A DNA stretch of 64,000 bases, taken from the NCBI GenBank assembly GCA_038231135.1, contig JBBRLX010000009.1, positions 32,001 to 96,000 of the forward strand. Direction: 5' to 3'. The notes beneath the pieces were generated by a model that had not been told where the DNA came from, made no database searches, and saw only the letters and a list, made by a program, of their open reading frames with translations. Of this stretch, positions 1 to 9,156 are shown one piece after another. The DNA is from Candidatus Eiseniibacteriota bacterium (GTDB taxonomy: Bacteria; Eisenbacteria; RBG-16-71-46). Position numbers and translations under genes: made by a program. Position 1 is the first letter of the stretch. Each line of letters opens with the position of its first letter.

Positions 1-2128
1 AGCCGCCGGTCGGCGTGATCGCATAGAGCTGGTTGTTGCCGCAGCCCACGACCGTGCTGCCGCTCGGGCTGATCGAGCCGCCGGTGCCGGCCGACGCGAC
101 GATCGTGTAGGTGTCCTGCGAAAAGCTCACCGAGATCGTGTGGTTCGCGGACACGTTGCTGAACGTGTAGAGCGCCGGGGCTCCGACCGACACGCCGTCG
201 ACGAGCACGTCCGCGACCGAGAAGCACGGGTTCGCCATGAAGTTGAACGTCTGAGAGGCGCCGCAGTTCACGCTGACCGCGCCCACCGGCGAGATGCCGC
301 CGCCGGGCCCCGTCGATGCGGTGACGGTGTACGGCCCGTTCACGACCGCGTTGGTCGACGTGCCCGAGGCGCAACCGTTGACCTTGACGGTATAGCTGCC
401 GGAGTTCGCCGGACCCGCGTTCGGGATGCTCGGATTCTGCAGATTTGACGTGTAGCCGCCCGGACCCGTCCAGCTATAGGACGCCGCACCCGCCGCGGAC
501 GAGGCGAGTTGCAGCGTGGCGCCGTTGCAGATCGGCCCGTTGTTCGAGGCCGTGGGCGCGATGTTGCAGCGATCGAGCGTGATGCCGATGTCGAGCTTGA
601 AGTTGTTCCCGGGGAAGAAGTCGACCCACGTCGTAGGCGGCAACTGGCCGGCGAGGAAGAACGCCCCACCCCGAATCGGAGCTTCGGTGTCGAACGCCAG
701 GCTCGCGTTCGTCGTATTGGTCTGCTGGATGCCGACGAAGAAGTTGCCGGGACCCACCGCTACCGGCGTGGGAAGCGTGATGGTAACCGGTCCCGCCGCG
801 GAGACCGTACGGTTGGCCGCATCCAGATACAGCAGGTTGCCGGGTGTGCCGGTCCCGCCGTCGGCATAGATTGCCACCTTGTAAGTGGTGGCGCTGGCTG
901 CCGCGAATTCGGGGGTCACCTGCGTGACGTTGGTGGCCACGGCCGTCTTGAACCTGGCCATGAACGCACCCACCGCTCCCGTCAGTCCGACGCCGCCGCC
1001 GGCCGTGGATCCTGGATATTTGTACGAGAAGTTCGGGATACCGACGGTAAACGGCTTGCTGTTCGAGTTGTTGGCGGGCACGTCATCGGCCGGCACGGTG
1101 ACCGTGGCGACGTCGTTGCCCTGAAGGCTGGGGGTGAAGGGCGCGAACGTAACCGTGGTCTGACCCCCGCAGCTCGCGAGCGACGCGATCGTCTGGGTGT
1201 CCGTGAACGACTCTGCGCCCGAAACCGTGAGCGTGACCGGCAGGTTCGTAAGGGTGTTCTGACCCTTGTTGGTGACCACCGCCTGAATCGCCAGCGGACT
1301 CGTCAGGCCGAGCGGCACTACTCCGTAGTTCACGACGACATCGACACTCGCGTCATTGGCAACCACGGGCGCCGTGAAGCGCGTCTCGGGACGGAACGGG
1401 GAAGCCGCGAGAGTGGTCGGAGCCGCGGCGCCCTGAGCACCCAGCAACCCGTTCGCCAGGCCTGTGCTGTTGCACCAGACCACGGTGGTGGCGGATAGGG
1501 TGCCCACCGGATACTGCATGTCGAATGCGACATATAGACCGCCACCCGTATAAGTGAGCGGCGAACCGCCCGAGAACGTGATGTCGAACGGGCCCGCCGC
1601 GCTCGGCAGCGTGGTCGTGGCGTTGTGCACGATCGTCATGCCCGTGATCGCCGTGCTCCACGTCGTGCTCTTGTTGTTCGTGACATCAGACGTGTTCTGC
1701 AGATAGACGATCAGCGGCCCGGATCCGGTGAGTCCCTGAGCGGTTTGGTAGTTCCAGCCGATACCTGTGGGTATCGAGCCGGACACGAGCCCGTTGGCGG
1801 CCAGTTCGGAAGCGGTGATGAGATATATCGAACGGCCGAACCGGTTGCGCAGTGTGGGGGCGCGCTCATTCCCCGACGTGGAATTGTCGTTCGGCAGAAC
1901 GGTGAACGTGCAACCGCCCGCCTCGATCTGGTTCGGTACCGGGGTTGCCTTCAGCGCAACCGTGCCCTTGCCGGGGATGCTGACGTCGATGCTGGTCGGG
2001 CCCCGATCGCCGGCGGCGACCCACGGCCGGGCCGCGGAACTCACCGCGGCGGATCCTGTCGCCGGGGCGAACATTGCCGCCAGCAGGAGCAAGCCAGTGC
2101 CCCACGAGAAACCAAGGAACTTCTTCAT
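1..2128 (-). CDS. Large secreted surface protein, 3'-truncated by the window edge: signal peptide, beta-rich domains, CARDB-like Ig domain, divergent InlB-type Ig repeats
   Basis: Absent from the ORF track because it has no stop in the window. ATG at 2128 with GGAGG upstream. Starts MKKFLGFSWGTGLLLLAAMFAPATGSAA. My partial translation and matching frame at both ends indicate it is open to position 2. Repeat YTVTASTGPGGGISPVG...VADVLVDGVSVG...YTFSNVSANHTISVSF at ~122-333 matches the repeats in the neighbouring gene. Confidence 0.85.
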   Translation of the reverse strand, partial: MKKFLGFSWGTGLLLLAAMFAPATGSAAVSSAARPWVAAGDRGPTSIDVSIPGKGTVALKATPVPNQIEAGGCTFTVLPNDNSTSGNERAPTLRNRFGRSIYLITASELAANGLVSGSIPTGIGWNYQTAQGLTGSGPLIVYLQNTSDVTNNKSTTWSTAITGMTIVHNATTTLPSAAGPFDITFSGGSPLTYTGGGLYVAFDMQYPVGTLSATTVVWCNSTGLANGLLGAQGAAAPTTLAASPFRPETRFTAPVVANDASVDVVVNYGVVPLGLTSPLAIQAVVTNKGQNTLTNLPVTLTVSGAESFTDTQTIASLASCGGQTTVTFAPFTPSLQGNDVATVTVPADDVPANNSNSKPFTVGIPNFSYKYPGSTAGGGVGLTGAVGAFMARFKTAVATNVTQVTPEFAAASATTYKVAIYADGGTGTPGNLLYLDAANRTVSAAGPVTITLPTPVAVGPGNFFVGIQQTNTTNASLAFDTEAPIRGGAFFLAGQLPPTTWVDFFPGNNFKLDIGITLDRCNIAPTASNNGPICNGATLQLASSAAGAASYSWTGPGGYTSNLQNPSIPNAGPANSGSYTVKVNGCASGTSTNAVVNGPYTVTASTGPGGGISPVGAVSVNCGASQTFNFMANPCFSVADVLVDGVSVGAPALYTFSNVSANHTISVSFSQDTYTIVASAGTGGSISPSGSTVVGCGNNQLYAITPTGG

Positions 2129-2214
2129 AACGCAAGACCTCCGGAGGTCATGACGATTGAGCTTGAACGACGCGGTCTGTGCGAAATCTCGAATGATTTT
2201 CATGTGCTCCCCGC

Positions 2215-5200
2215 CTACCGAACGATCGAGATCAGACGCATCTTGCGCGTCCCCGCCGCGTCGAGCCGGACGAAGTACAGACCCGACCTCATGACCGTTC
2301 CACGGTCATCCGTTCCGTTCCACGTGTAGTGATACCGCCCGACCTCCTGCACGCCCTTCGCCAGCGTCTTCACGTGGCGGCCATCGACGGAGTAGATCGA
2401 GAGTTCCGCGGCCCCGCGCTTCGCGAGGGCGTACTGCAGCACCGACGTCCCGCGCGACGGATTCGGAATCACCGGGAGCAGCAGCGTCTCGGTGACCACG
2501 CCGTCGTGGACCAGCGGGTTGTGTGCGGTGATCGTCACCGGCTTGTTGTGGGAATCGCGCCCCACCACCTTGTGGAACACGAACTGCGGATCCCCGTTGG
2601 TGAGCGCGCTGAACCGCGCGGTCGCCATCACGCCGGTGCCCGCGATGCTGCGTCCGGGTCCGAGCAGCGCCGCATCCGCGCGCCCCGGGCCCGGCGAGAA
2701 CATCACGCCACCCTGCGAGGCCACGAGTTCGCCCGTCGCGACATCGATCGGCGTCACCACCGCGGGGTCCCAGCCCAGCGTCACCGACACCGCCTGCAGA
2801 TCGCCGGCGCCGGTCAGCTCGAGCGGCACCTCGACGATGTCGCCGGCCGTCACGACGTAGGGCGCCTTCATCGAGATCGAATTGGACGTCGCGCCGCCGT
2901 TCACCACCGGGCCCTTCGAGGCCAGTGACACGACCGGCGTGTAGTTCAGCGCGAACATCACGAGGTCGTCGAGGTCGGTGACGCCGTCGGGCGTCGGGCG
3001 GCCGTCGGTGCTGAAGTCCGTCGTGGGTCCGACGTCGAGATACTCGAATCCGGCGAGCGCGCCGCCCGAGACGCCGTAATGGGCGCCGAGCAGCGACGCA
3101 TCGGCGGTGTTCACCGTGTTGTTACCCTGGCCGGGCGTCGTGCCGTCGGTCACGTCACCCAGGTGGTAGTCGAGCGTGCCGGCCGTCACGTTCGACACGG
3201 TCGACACGGTGCTGCACGCGTCCTTGGCATAGGCGACGTAGTACCAGAAATCGCGCGTACCCGGCTGGTCGAAGTCGCCGCTGCTCGCCACCGGCGTCAG
3301 CGTCCAGCCGGCCGGCGGATACGACCCGGGCGCGGGCGGCACCGAGCCCGCCGCATACAGCGGGTAGTCGCCGTAGCCCTTGCGCCACACTTCGACGCTG
3401 GTGGCCGTGCCCGGCGCGATATACGTGAGCTTGATGCTGGTCGTGCCGCTGGTGCCATTGCCGGTCTTGACCTGCGCGGCGACCAGGGTCGTGACCGGGC
3501 CCACCACCGGGTTGATCGCGAAGCTCGCCGCAATCGTGTGGTTGGTGGTGACGTTGTTGAACGTGTAGTTCGTCACCGCGCCCACCGAGACGCCATCCAC
3601 CAGCACGTCGGCGACGTGGTAGCAGGCATTCGCTGCGATCAGGAACGGGACGTTCGTACCGCACGCCGTCGAGATGCTGCCGGCCGGCGTGATCTGGCCG
3701 TTCGGGCCCGCGGACGCGGTGATCGTGTACGGCCCGAGCAGGGTGAAGCTGGCGTCGATCGTGTGATTCGCCGTCACGTTGCTGAACGTGTACGAGGCGA
3801 CCGGGCCGACCGACACGCCATCGACCAGCACGTCCGCGATGGCGTGGCACACGTCGGACGGGGTGATCGTGAACGACTGGTTGTTGCCGCTCAGCACCGA
3901 CACGCTGCCCGACGGCGAGATCGAGCCGCCGGATCCGGCCGTCGCGGTGATCGTGTAGGTCGTCGCCGACACCACGTGGACGACGGCGGCCGATGCGACC
4001 TGGCCGTCCGGATTCGTGATGTTGATCGTGTACTTCTCGGCCGGCAGGTTCGCGGTCGCAGACGAGGTGTTGAGCACCAGGTTCACGGTGGTCGGGTCGA
4101 CGTACGTCGCCGACACGACGGTGGGCGGCGTGCCGGAGGCGGCGCCGTTCGTGACCGTCGCCGACAGGTGGCTGAACGCCGGCACGCCCACCATGTCCGC
4201 GCCCGGATCGTAGAAGCCGGCGCCACCCGTGGGCAGGCCGGTCAGCGTGACGCTCACGCTCGGATAGCCCGCCGCGACGTCGGCGAGCGCGCTAGGCACT
4301 GCCGGCGGCGGCGCGATCAGCTTGGCGACCCGCACTCCGTAGGAGTTCGCGGCGTCGCAGAACATGTGCACCGACCACATCGACATGTCGTCGAGCGGAT
4401 CGAGCGACATCACCGAGTAGTCGCCCCAGCGGCGCGAGCCGCGCGAGGCGCCGGTGTCACCTGGCGGGTTGTAGGCGGTCGCGCTGCTCGTGAGCAGTAC
4501 CGGCGTCTCCATGGTGCCGGGCGGATCGTTCGCGAGACGGCCCACGGTGGCGGCGTTGATGCGCTCCGCGGTGCCCGCGGCACCGAGGCTCATCGCCGCG
4601 TGACCCTGGCCGGACACCACGATCGACGGCACGAAGTAATGCCGCTGGTCGTTGACGTTCGTGGCGCTCGGGGTGAACACGATGCCCGACTGGACGATCG
4701 TCGGCGTGCCCGCGCCCAGCGGCACGTTGAACTGGTACCAGCGCGAGCCGTCGCGGGTGTTGTTCGCCGGCGTGGCGTTCACGACGCCGGTGTTGTCGAC
4801 CGCGATGTTCTGGGCCGTCCACAGCTGCTGATTGCGGATGTGCGCATAGAAGTTGCGATCGTCGAGCGCGTCGACGTTGCCGTTCGTACCGCCGGTGTTG
4901 CCCAGATGCGGCACCTTGAGCGGGTTGCTCGTGATCGGAATCGTGATCGGGATGTTCGAGGAGATCGTCGGCGAGCCGCCGGGATCGGCGATGCGGTACA
5001 TGTCGAGAGTTCCGAACGTCGCGCCGTCGACACCGATGAAGTAGCCCTCGTTGGCCGTGGGATCGGTATTGTCGACGCCGCGCGGCGCGAACGGGCCGAC
5101 GAAACCGCCGGTCGCGGTCATCAGGCCGCGGAACGCGGTGACCACGATCGGGCCGGCGCCCAGCACCGAGCTCTTGCGCACCACGAAACCGTCGGTGCTG

Positions 5201-6045
5201 GTGAAGCTGGGGCAGAAGTTGTCGGTGCCGATGTACAGCGCCTTGGCGTCGACGCCGAGCGAGGGGTAGTCGGCGAAGCAGCTGCTGGAGATCGACGGCG
5301 AGATCGCCGCGGCGTTGAACGAGAAGAACGTCCACACCGTGCTCGGCGAGATCACGCCGGCGCTGGCGGCGTCGCTGACGCCGATCAGCACGCTGTTGCT
5401 GGTCGCGGGCACGTTGATGATCATGAGGAACCAGCGGCCCGACGTCCGGTCGTAGCGCACCTGGGGATCGCTCGTGCCGGAGGCGCCGCGCACCGAGTTG
5501 AAGAAGTTGTCGGTGGACAGGTTGAGCACGCCGTCCGCGGCGCCGGTCGTCTTGTTGAACGACACCACGCGGCCGTTGACGCCCACGATGTACTGCGCCG
5601 GGCCGATCGCACCGTCGCAGTCGGGCGGGAACGCGTTCGTCGGATTGGCGCCGCTGAGCGTCGCGGCCGTGAAGTTGGGCCCGACCGTCTGCGGGCTGAG
5701 CGTCCGGATCGACAGGCCCTTGTCCCGGCGGTAGCCGGTGAGCATGTCGGGCGGCAGGTTCGGCACCGATGCCACGCGCGGCGAGCGCGGGTTCACCGGC
5801 AGGCCGTCGCGCTCCGGTCCCTCGTGGTCGGGGACGAGGATCGGCTGCGCCGGGGTGCCGGGATGCTGCCGCTCCAGCTGCATCATGTCCGCGACCGTGC
5901 GCGAGAACCCGATGCTGCCGGTGACGGGATGCCCGGTCTGCGCGGCCATTGCCGCGGGCGCCATGATGAACGCGACCGCGACGACGGTCACGAATGTGGC
6001 GAGCCAGGGAGTGATCGGTGCGGGCTTGAGCGGGGACCTGTACAT
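2215..6045 (-). CDS. Secreted multidomain protein (~1276 aa): N-terminal beta-rich domain, 2 InlB-like Ig repeats, dockerin-like domain, cohesin-like domain, C-terminal FlgD-Ig/T9SS-like domain
   Basis: ATG at 6045 preceded by GGAGAGG. Signal peptide ...APAAMAA. Two GDV/D-x-D Ca-loop repeats (GDVTDG...NTVNTADASLLGAHY; DVG...DGVTDLDDLVMFALNY). Cohesin-like GDIVEVPLEL...VSVTLGWDPAVV. C-terminal PNP...IYSVDGRHVKTL...WNGTDDRG...SGLYFVRL. Confidence 0.88.
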   Translation of the reverse strand: MYRSPLKPAPITPWLATFVTVVAVAFIMAPAAMAAQTGHPVTGSIGFSRTVADMMQLERQHPGTPAQPILVPDHEGPERDGLPVNPRSPRVASVPNLPPDMLTGYRRDKGLSIRTLSPQTVGPNFTAATLSGANPTNAFPPDCDGAIGPAQYIVGVNGRVVSFNKTTGAADGVLNLSTDNFFNSVRGASGTSDPQVRYDRTSGRWFLMIINVPATSNSVLIGVSDAASAGVISPSTVWTFFSFNAAAISPSISSSCFADYPSLGVDAKALYIGTDNFCPSFTSTDGFVVRKSSVLGAGPIVVTAFRGLMTATGGFVGPFAPRGVDNTDPTANEGYFIGVDGATFGTLDMYRIADPGGSPTISSNIPITIPITSNPLKVPHLGNTGGTNGNVDALDDRNFYAHIRNQQLWTAQNIAVDNTGVVNATPANNTRDGSRWYQFNVPLGAGTPTIVQSGIVFTPSATNVNDQRHYFVPSIVVSGQGHAAMSLGAAGTAERINAATVGRLANDPPGTMETPVLLTSSATAYNPPGDTGASRGSRRWGDYSVMSLDPLDDMSMWSVHMFCDAANSYGVRVAKLIAPPPAVPSALADVAAGYPSVSVTLTGLPTGGAGFYDPGADMVGVPAFSHLSATVTNGAASGTPPTVVSATYVDPTTVNLVLNTSSATANLPAEKYTINITNPDGQVASAAVVHVVSATTYTITATAGSGGSISPSGSVSVLSGNNQSFTITPSDVCHAIADVLVDGVSVGPVASYTFSNVTANHTIDASFTLLGPYTITASAGPNGQITPAGSISTACGTNVPFLIAANACYHVADVLVDGVSVGAVTNYTFNNVTTNHTIAASFAINPVVGPVTTLVAAQVKTGNGTSGTTSIKLTYIAPGTATSVEVWRKGYGDYPLYAAGSVPPAPGSYPPAGWTLTPVASSGDFDQPGTRDFWYYVAYAKDACSTVSTVSNVTAGTLDYHLGDVTDGTTPGQGNNTVNTADASLLGAHYGVSGGALAGFEYLDVGPTTDFSTDGRPTPDGVTDLDDLVMFALNYTPVVSLASKGPVVNGGATSNSISMKAPYVVTAGDIVEVPLELTGAGDLQAVSVTLGWDPAVVTPIDVATGELVASQGGVMFSPGPGRADAALLGPGRSIAGTGVMATARFSALTNGDPQFVFHKVVGRDSHNKPVTITAHNPLVHDGVVTETLLLPVIPNPSRGTSVLQYALAKRGAAELSIYSVDGRHVKTLAKGVQEVGRYHYTWNGTDDRGTVMRSGLYFVRLDAAGTRKMRLISIVR

Positions 6046-6122
6046 GGCTACCTCTCCGGTTCTTGCAGCGGACGCCCATCGGGCCCGACGGGGCCGCGGC
6101 TGGGATGAAAACGGCGAAAAGG

Positions 6123-7010
6123 CTATTTCAGAATCGTGAACGTCTTCTGGAACGTTCTGCCTGGTACTCTCAGCATTGCCGAATAGCGTCCGGGCGGTAC
6201 CACGAGGCCCGAATCGTTGCGGCCATCCCATGCCACGGTGCGCGTTCCCGCGGGAACGACGTCGTTGTCGAGGTTGCGCACGACCCGCCCCAGCAGATCG
6301 ACGACCAGCAGCCGCTGCTCGCCGGCGCGATCGGATTCGACGATGAAGCTCGTGCGGCCGTGCGCCGGATTGGGCGCGATCGTCAGCTTGAGCGCAGGAG
6401 CCGTCACGGGTGCCGGGACCCCAGCGGCGACGCCGATGCCGATGACGGCGTTGCTCGAGCTATCGGGGTTCACGTTGGTGCCGGCGTTGTAGAACTGCAG
6501 CCCCGGCAGGAATCTCACGACGGTGGCCCGCGGAAGGTTCGACGCCCGGAACCGCAGCTTGTAGATGGCGCCGGGACCGGTGAGCGAGGTGTTGGCGCAC
6601 AGCAGCACGTCGGTGATGGTGTCGCGATCGACACCGGCCTGGAACCGGTGGAAGCGATTGCCGCATGCGGCGGTGAAGTAGGCGCCCTCCTGCAGCGAGA
6701 CCGGTGTTCGCTGGATCAGGGTGAGGGCCGAGGGGTCGAAGCCGATGTAGGCGTCGAACGCGTTGAACGCGGATCCCGCGCGCGTGACCTGGAGCGTGAG
6801 GTCGAATGAATCACCGGGGGCGACGACGAGGCTCGCCGGGAGCAGCGCAACCTTCACGCCAGGCACGGACGCGGGAACGGGATACGCGAACACGATCGCC
6901 GCGACGACGAGGGTCGAGGCAACGCCGATCCGCCGGGATCGGGACCCGAATCCGTTGCGAGGCTCGGACGCGATATCGGCCGAGCCTTTCCTGACACAAA
7001 AGTCGGACAT
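6123..7010 (-). CDS. Secreted cohesin-domain protein with C-terminal FlgD-Ig domain (start uncertain)
   Basis: Hydrophobic N-terminal segment. Cohesin-like VAPGDSFDLTLQV...IGFDPSALTL...GPGAIYKLRFRA. C-terminal APNP...VDLLGRVVRNL...WDGRNDSG...PGRY. Confidence 0.82.
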   Translation of the reverse strand: MSDFCVRKGSADIASEPRNGFGSRSRRIGVASTLVVAAIVFAYPVPASVPGVKVALLPASLVVAPGDSFDLTLQVTRAGSAFNAFDAYIGFDPSALTLIQRTPVSLQEGAYFTAACGNRFHRFQAGVDRDTITDVLLCANTSLTGPGAIYKLRFRASNLPRATVVRFLPGLQFYNAGTNVNPDSSSNAVIGIGVAAGVPAPVTAPALKLTIAPNPAHGRTSFIVESDRAGEQRLLVVDLLGRVVRNLDNDVVPAGTRTVAWDGRNDSGLVVPPGRYSAMLRVPGRTFQKTFTILK

Positions 7011-7169
7011 TCGCGGAAGATATCCATGACCTTTGCATCTTGAAAGACTTTTCTTTGCGACGTCGTGATGATTCCGGCGTTCGCGAGGGGATTGTTTACT
7101 TCGAGGAAACGTCGTCGGGTCCCGGGATCACGAACCCGGCCACGTCGTCACGGGGGTTCGCGACGCGCG

Positions 7170-7220
7170 AAAAACGACGAGCCCGGCGGAGGCCCTGAGG
7201 CCCCCACCGGGCTGTCGTCG
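7170..7220 (-). terminator. Rho-independent terminator of the pilin gene
   Basis: Minus strand reads AGCCCGGTGGGGGCC-TCAG-GGCCTCCGCCGGGCT with flanking pairing, then TTTTT, about 15 nt after the pilin stop. Confidence 0.8.
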
Positions 7221-7234
7221 ATTCGGCGGGTTGT

Positions 7235-7660
7235 CTACTGACCGGCGGAAAGAATCAAGCTCAGTGCGGCCGACTTACCGTGACCCTTGATGTTGTACGA
7301 GGTGCCCAGCGAATCCGAGTAGGACGTAATGCCGGCCGTCGTGCTGGCAGGCGATACGTTGACCGTACGATCCTCGTAGGAGTTCAGGACCACGTTCGTG
7401 AACGGATTCTTGAAGCTGGCTCCGGCGCTCGGGAGCAGCGCGGCGACCTGGGGCGCCGTGTCCGCGTAGGTGCCGTCGTTCTGCACGCCGTAGTCTTCCG
7501 ACGACAACTGGAAGGTGTGCATGTTGGACTTCGTGCTGCCTTCCTTCGCGCGGTTCTGCATCGCGATGAAGTTCGGGATCGCGATGGCTGCGAGAATTCC
7601 GATGATCACGACCACGATCATCAATTCGATGAGCGTAAAGCCTTTCTGTGTCCTGGTCAC
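7235..7660 (-). CDS. Type IV pilin (PilA-like prepilin, 141 aa)
   Basis: GTG at 7660 with GGAG upstream. Class III signal MTRTQKG|FTLIELMIVVVIIGILAAIAIPNF. Monocistronic with its own terminator. Confidence 0.92.
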   Translation of the reverse strand: MTRTQKGFTLIELMIVVVIIGILAAIAIPNFIAMQNRAKEGSTKSNMHTFQLSSEDYGVQNDGTYADTAPQVAALLPSAGASFKNPFTNVVLNSYEDRTVNVSPASTTAGITSYSDSLGTSYNIKGHGKSAALSLILSAGQ

Positions 7661-7716
7661 AAGGGTCTCCTTTTCCAAACGAACGAGGGGCCGTCTCTCA
7701 AACAGTAGGACTAGAA

Positions 7717-7732
7717 CGCAACCGCCATACCA
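7717..7732 (-). promoter_or_regulatory. Putative sigma54 (-24/-12) promoter of the pilin gene
   Basis: Minus strand TGGTATGGCGGTTGCG has exact GG-N10-GC spacing with TTGC, ~57 nt upstream of the start. Confidence 0.6.
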
Positions 7733-7950
7733 CGACTGCGAAGCACCGTCGCTGCAACGAGATGGCCCTAATGACCTGCTGTCGATTTCATGCCTTCCGA
7801 CTTCGATTTCCTGCGGTCGGCAACGCGCCGGATGCAATTTGCCATGAACACCCCGGATGAGTTTCGCGGCACCTGGTTATCGACGCGTTGCCCGGCTGGC
7901 GTGACGGCTCGTTGCCTCGGGCTCGTTCCGGAGCATAGTCTCGGCCCTCC

Positions 7951-8250
7951 ATGGACCGTCCGAAACCATCGATGTTCCTCACCAACCACGCCCTGGTCCT
8001 CATCCAGATCTGGCGGGAACCGGACCTCACGGTCCGGCTGATCGCCGAGCGCGTGGGCATCACCGAGCGCGCCACGTTCAGGATCCTGACCGAGTTGATG
8101 GAACGGGGCTGCGTCGAGCGCAGGCGGGTCGGGCGCAACAACGCGTACCTGGTGCGCGGCAACGTCCCCATGCAGCATCCGCTGTTGGCACGCTACGAGA
8201 TCATCGAGCTGTTGAACGCCCTGGGAGGAGAGCCCGGCATCCCGACGTGA
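7951..8250 (+). CDS. Small winged-helix transcriptional regulator (MarR/AsnC-like HTH)
   Basis: FLTNHALVL...IAERVGITERATFRILTELMERG..ERRRVGRNNAY motif. Confidence 0.85.
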   Translation: MDRPKPSMFLTNHALVLIQIWREPDLTVRLIAERVGITERATFRILTELMERGCVERRRVGRNNAYLVRGNVPMQHPLLARYEIIELLNALGGEPGIPT

Positions 8251-8341
8251 CCCCATCGACCCCGACCGCTTGCAGCCTTCGCGCGCGGGCAGGCCCCGGG
8301 GAACGATCCCTCGGCGGGCAGACGTCCCGGCACCCCCCACC

Positions 8342-9145
8342 ATGTCCTGGCCATTCGTCGGATTCCTGCTGATCGGTGTGGTCGTGGGCGGCTTCGGCAC
8401 GCTGATCGGCGCCGGCGGCGGGTTCCTGCTGCTGCCGCTCCTGGTGTTCCTCTACCCCCACGACCGCGCGGACGTGCTCACCGCGATTTCGCTCACCGTG
8501 GCGTTCGTCAACGCGCTGTCCGGATCGTTCGCCTATGCCCGCATGCGGCGGATCGACGTGCGCGCGGGCCTGATCTTCGCCGCCGCCGGCGTCCCGGGCG
8601 CCATCGCCGGGGCGCGCGTCACATCACTCCTCGACCGGCGGTCGTTCGACCCGCTGCTGGGCGCGATGCTGGTGCTCGCGGGAGCGGTCCTGTTCGTGCA
8701 ATCGTCGCGCGCGACCCCGCCCGAAACCTCGACCGGCACGCGCACGCTGATCGAAACCGACGGCACGCGGCATTCCTATACCCCGCGCATCGCGCTCGGC
8801 GCCGTGCTGAGCCTGGGCGTCGGATTCCTGTCCAGCCTGCTCGGCATCGGCGGCGGCATCGTGCACGTGCCGCTGATGGCGTATGCGCTGGGCTTTCCGG
8901 TCCACGTGGCGACCGCGACCTCGCATTTCGTGCTCGCGATCGTGGTGCTCGCGGGAGTGCTGGTGCACGCGGGAAACGGGTCCCTGGGTCCGGCGGTGGG
9001 CCGCATCGTCCCGCTGGCGATCGGCGCGTTCGCGGGCGCGCAGGGCGGCGCCAGGCTGTCGTCGCGCGTGCCGGGAACGTGGATCGTGCGCGCGCTGGCG
9101 CTCGCGCTGGCTTCGGTGGGGTTGCGGCTGCTGGTGTTCCGCTGA
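8342..9145 (+). CDS. Sulfite exporter TauE/SafE (TSUP) family membrane protein
   Basis: Two internal repeats GTLIGAGGG / SSLLGIGGG and AVA/ATATS motifs; ~8 TM helices. Confidence 0.9.
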   Translation: MSWPFVGFLLIGVVVGGFGTLIGAGGGFLLLPLLVFLYPHDRADVLTAISLTVAFVNALSGSFAYARMRRIDVRAGLIFAAAGVPGAIAGARVTSLLDRRSFDPLLGAMLVLAGAVLFVQSSRATPPETSTGTRTLIETDGTRHSYTPRIALGAVLSLGVGFLSSLLGIGGGIVHVPLMAYALGFPVHVATATSHFVLAIVVLAGVLVHAGNGSLGPAVGRIVPLAIGAFAGAQGGARLSSRVPGTWIVRALALALASVGLRLLVFR

Positions 9146-9156
9146 GCCCTGGCGGT

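Noticed and set aside
3079..6108. 1009-aa plus-strand ORF, and similar long ORFs such as 9079-10881, 11687-13363, 30012-32801, 50162-53323 and 54995-56791
   Set aside because: Antisense shadows of well-supported genes. They are Arg/Ala/Gly-rich with no motifs, as expected when high GC depletes stop codons.
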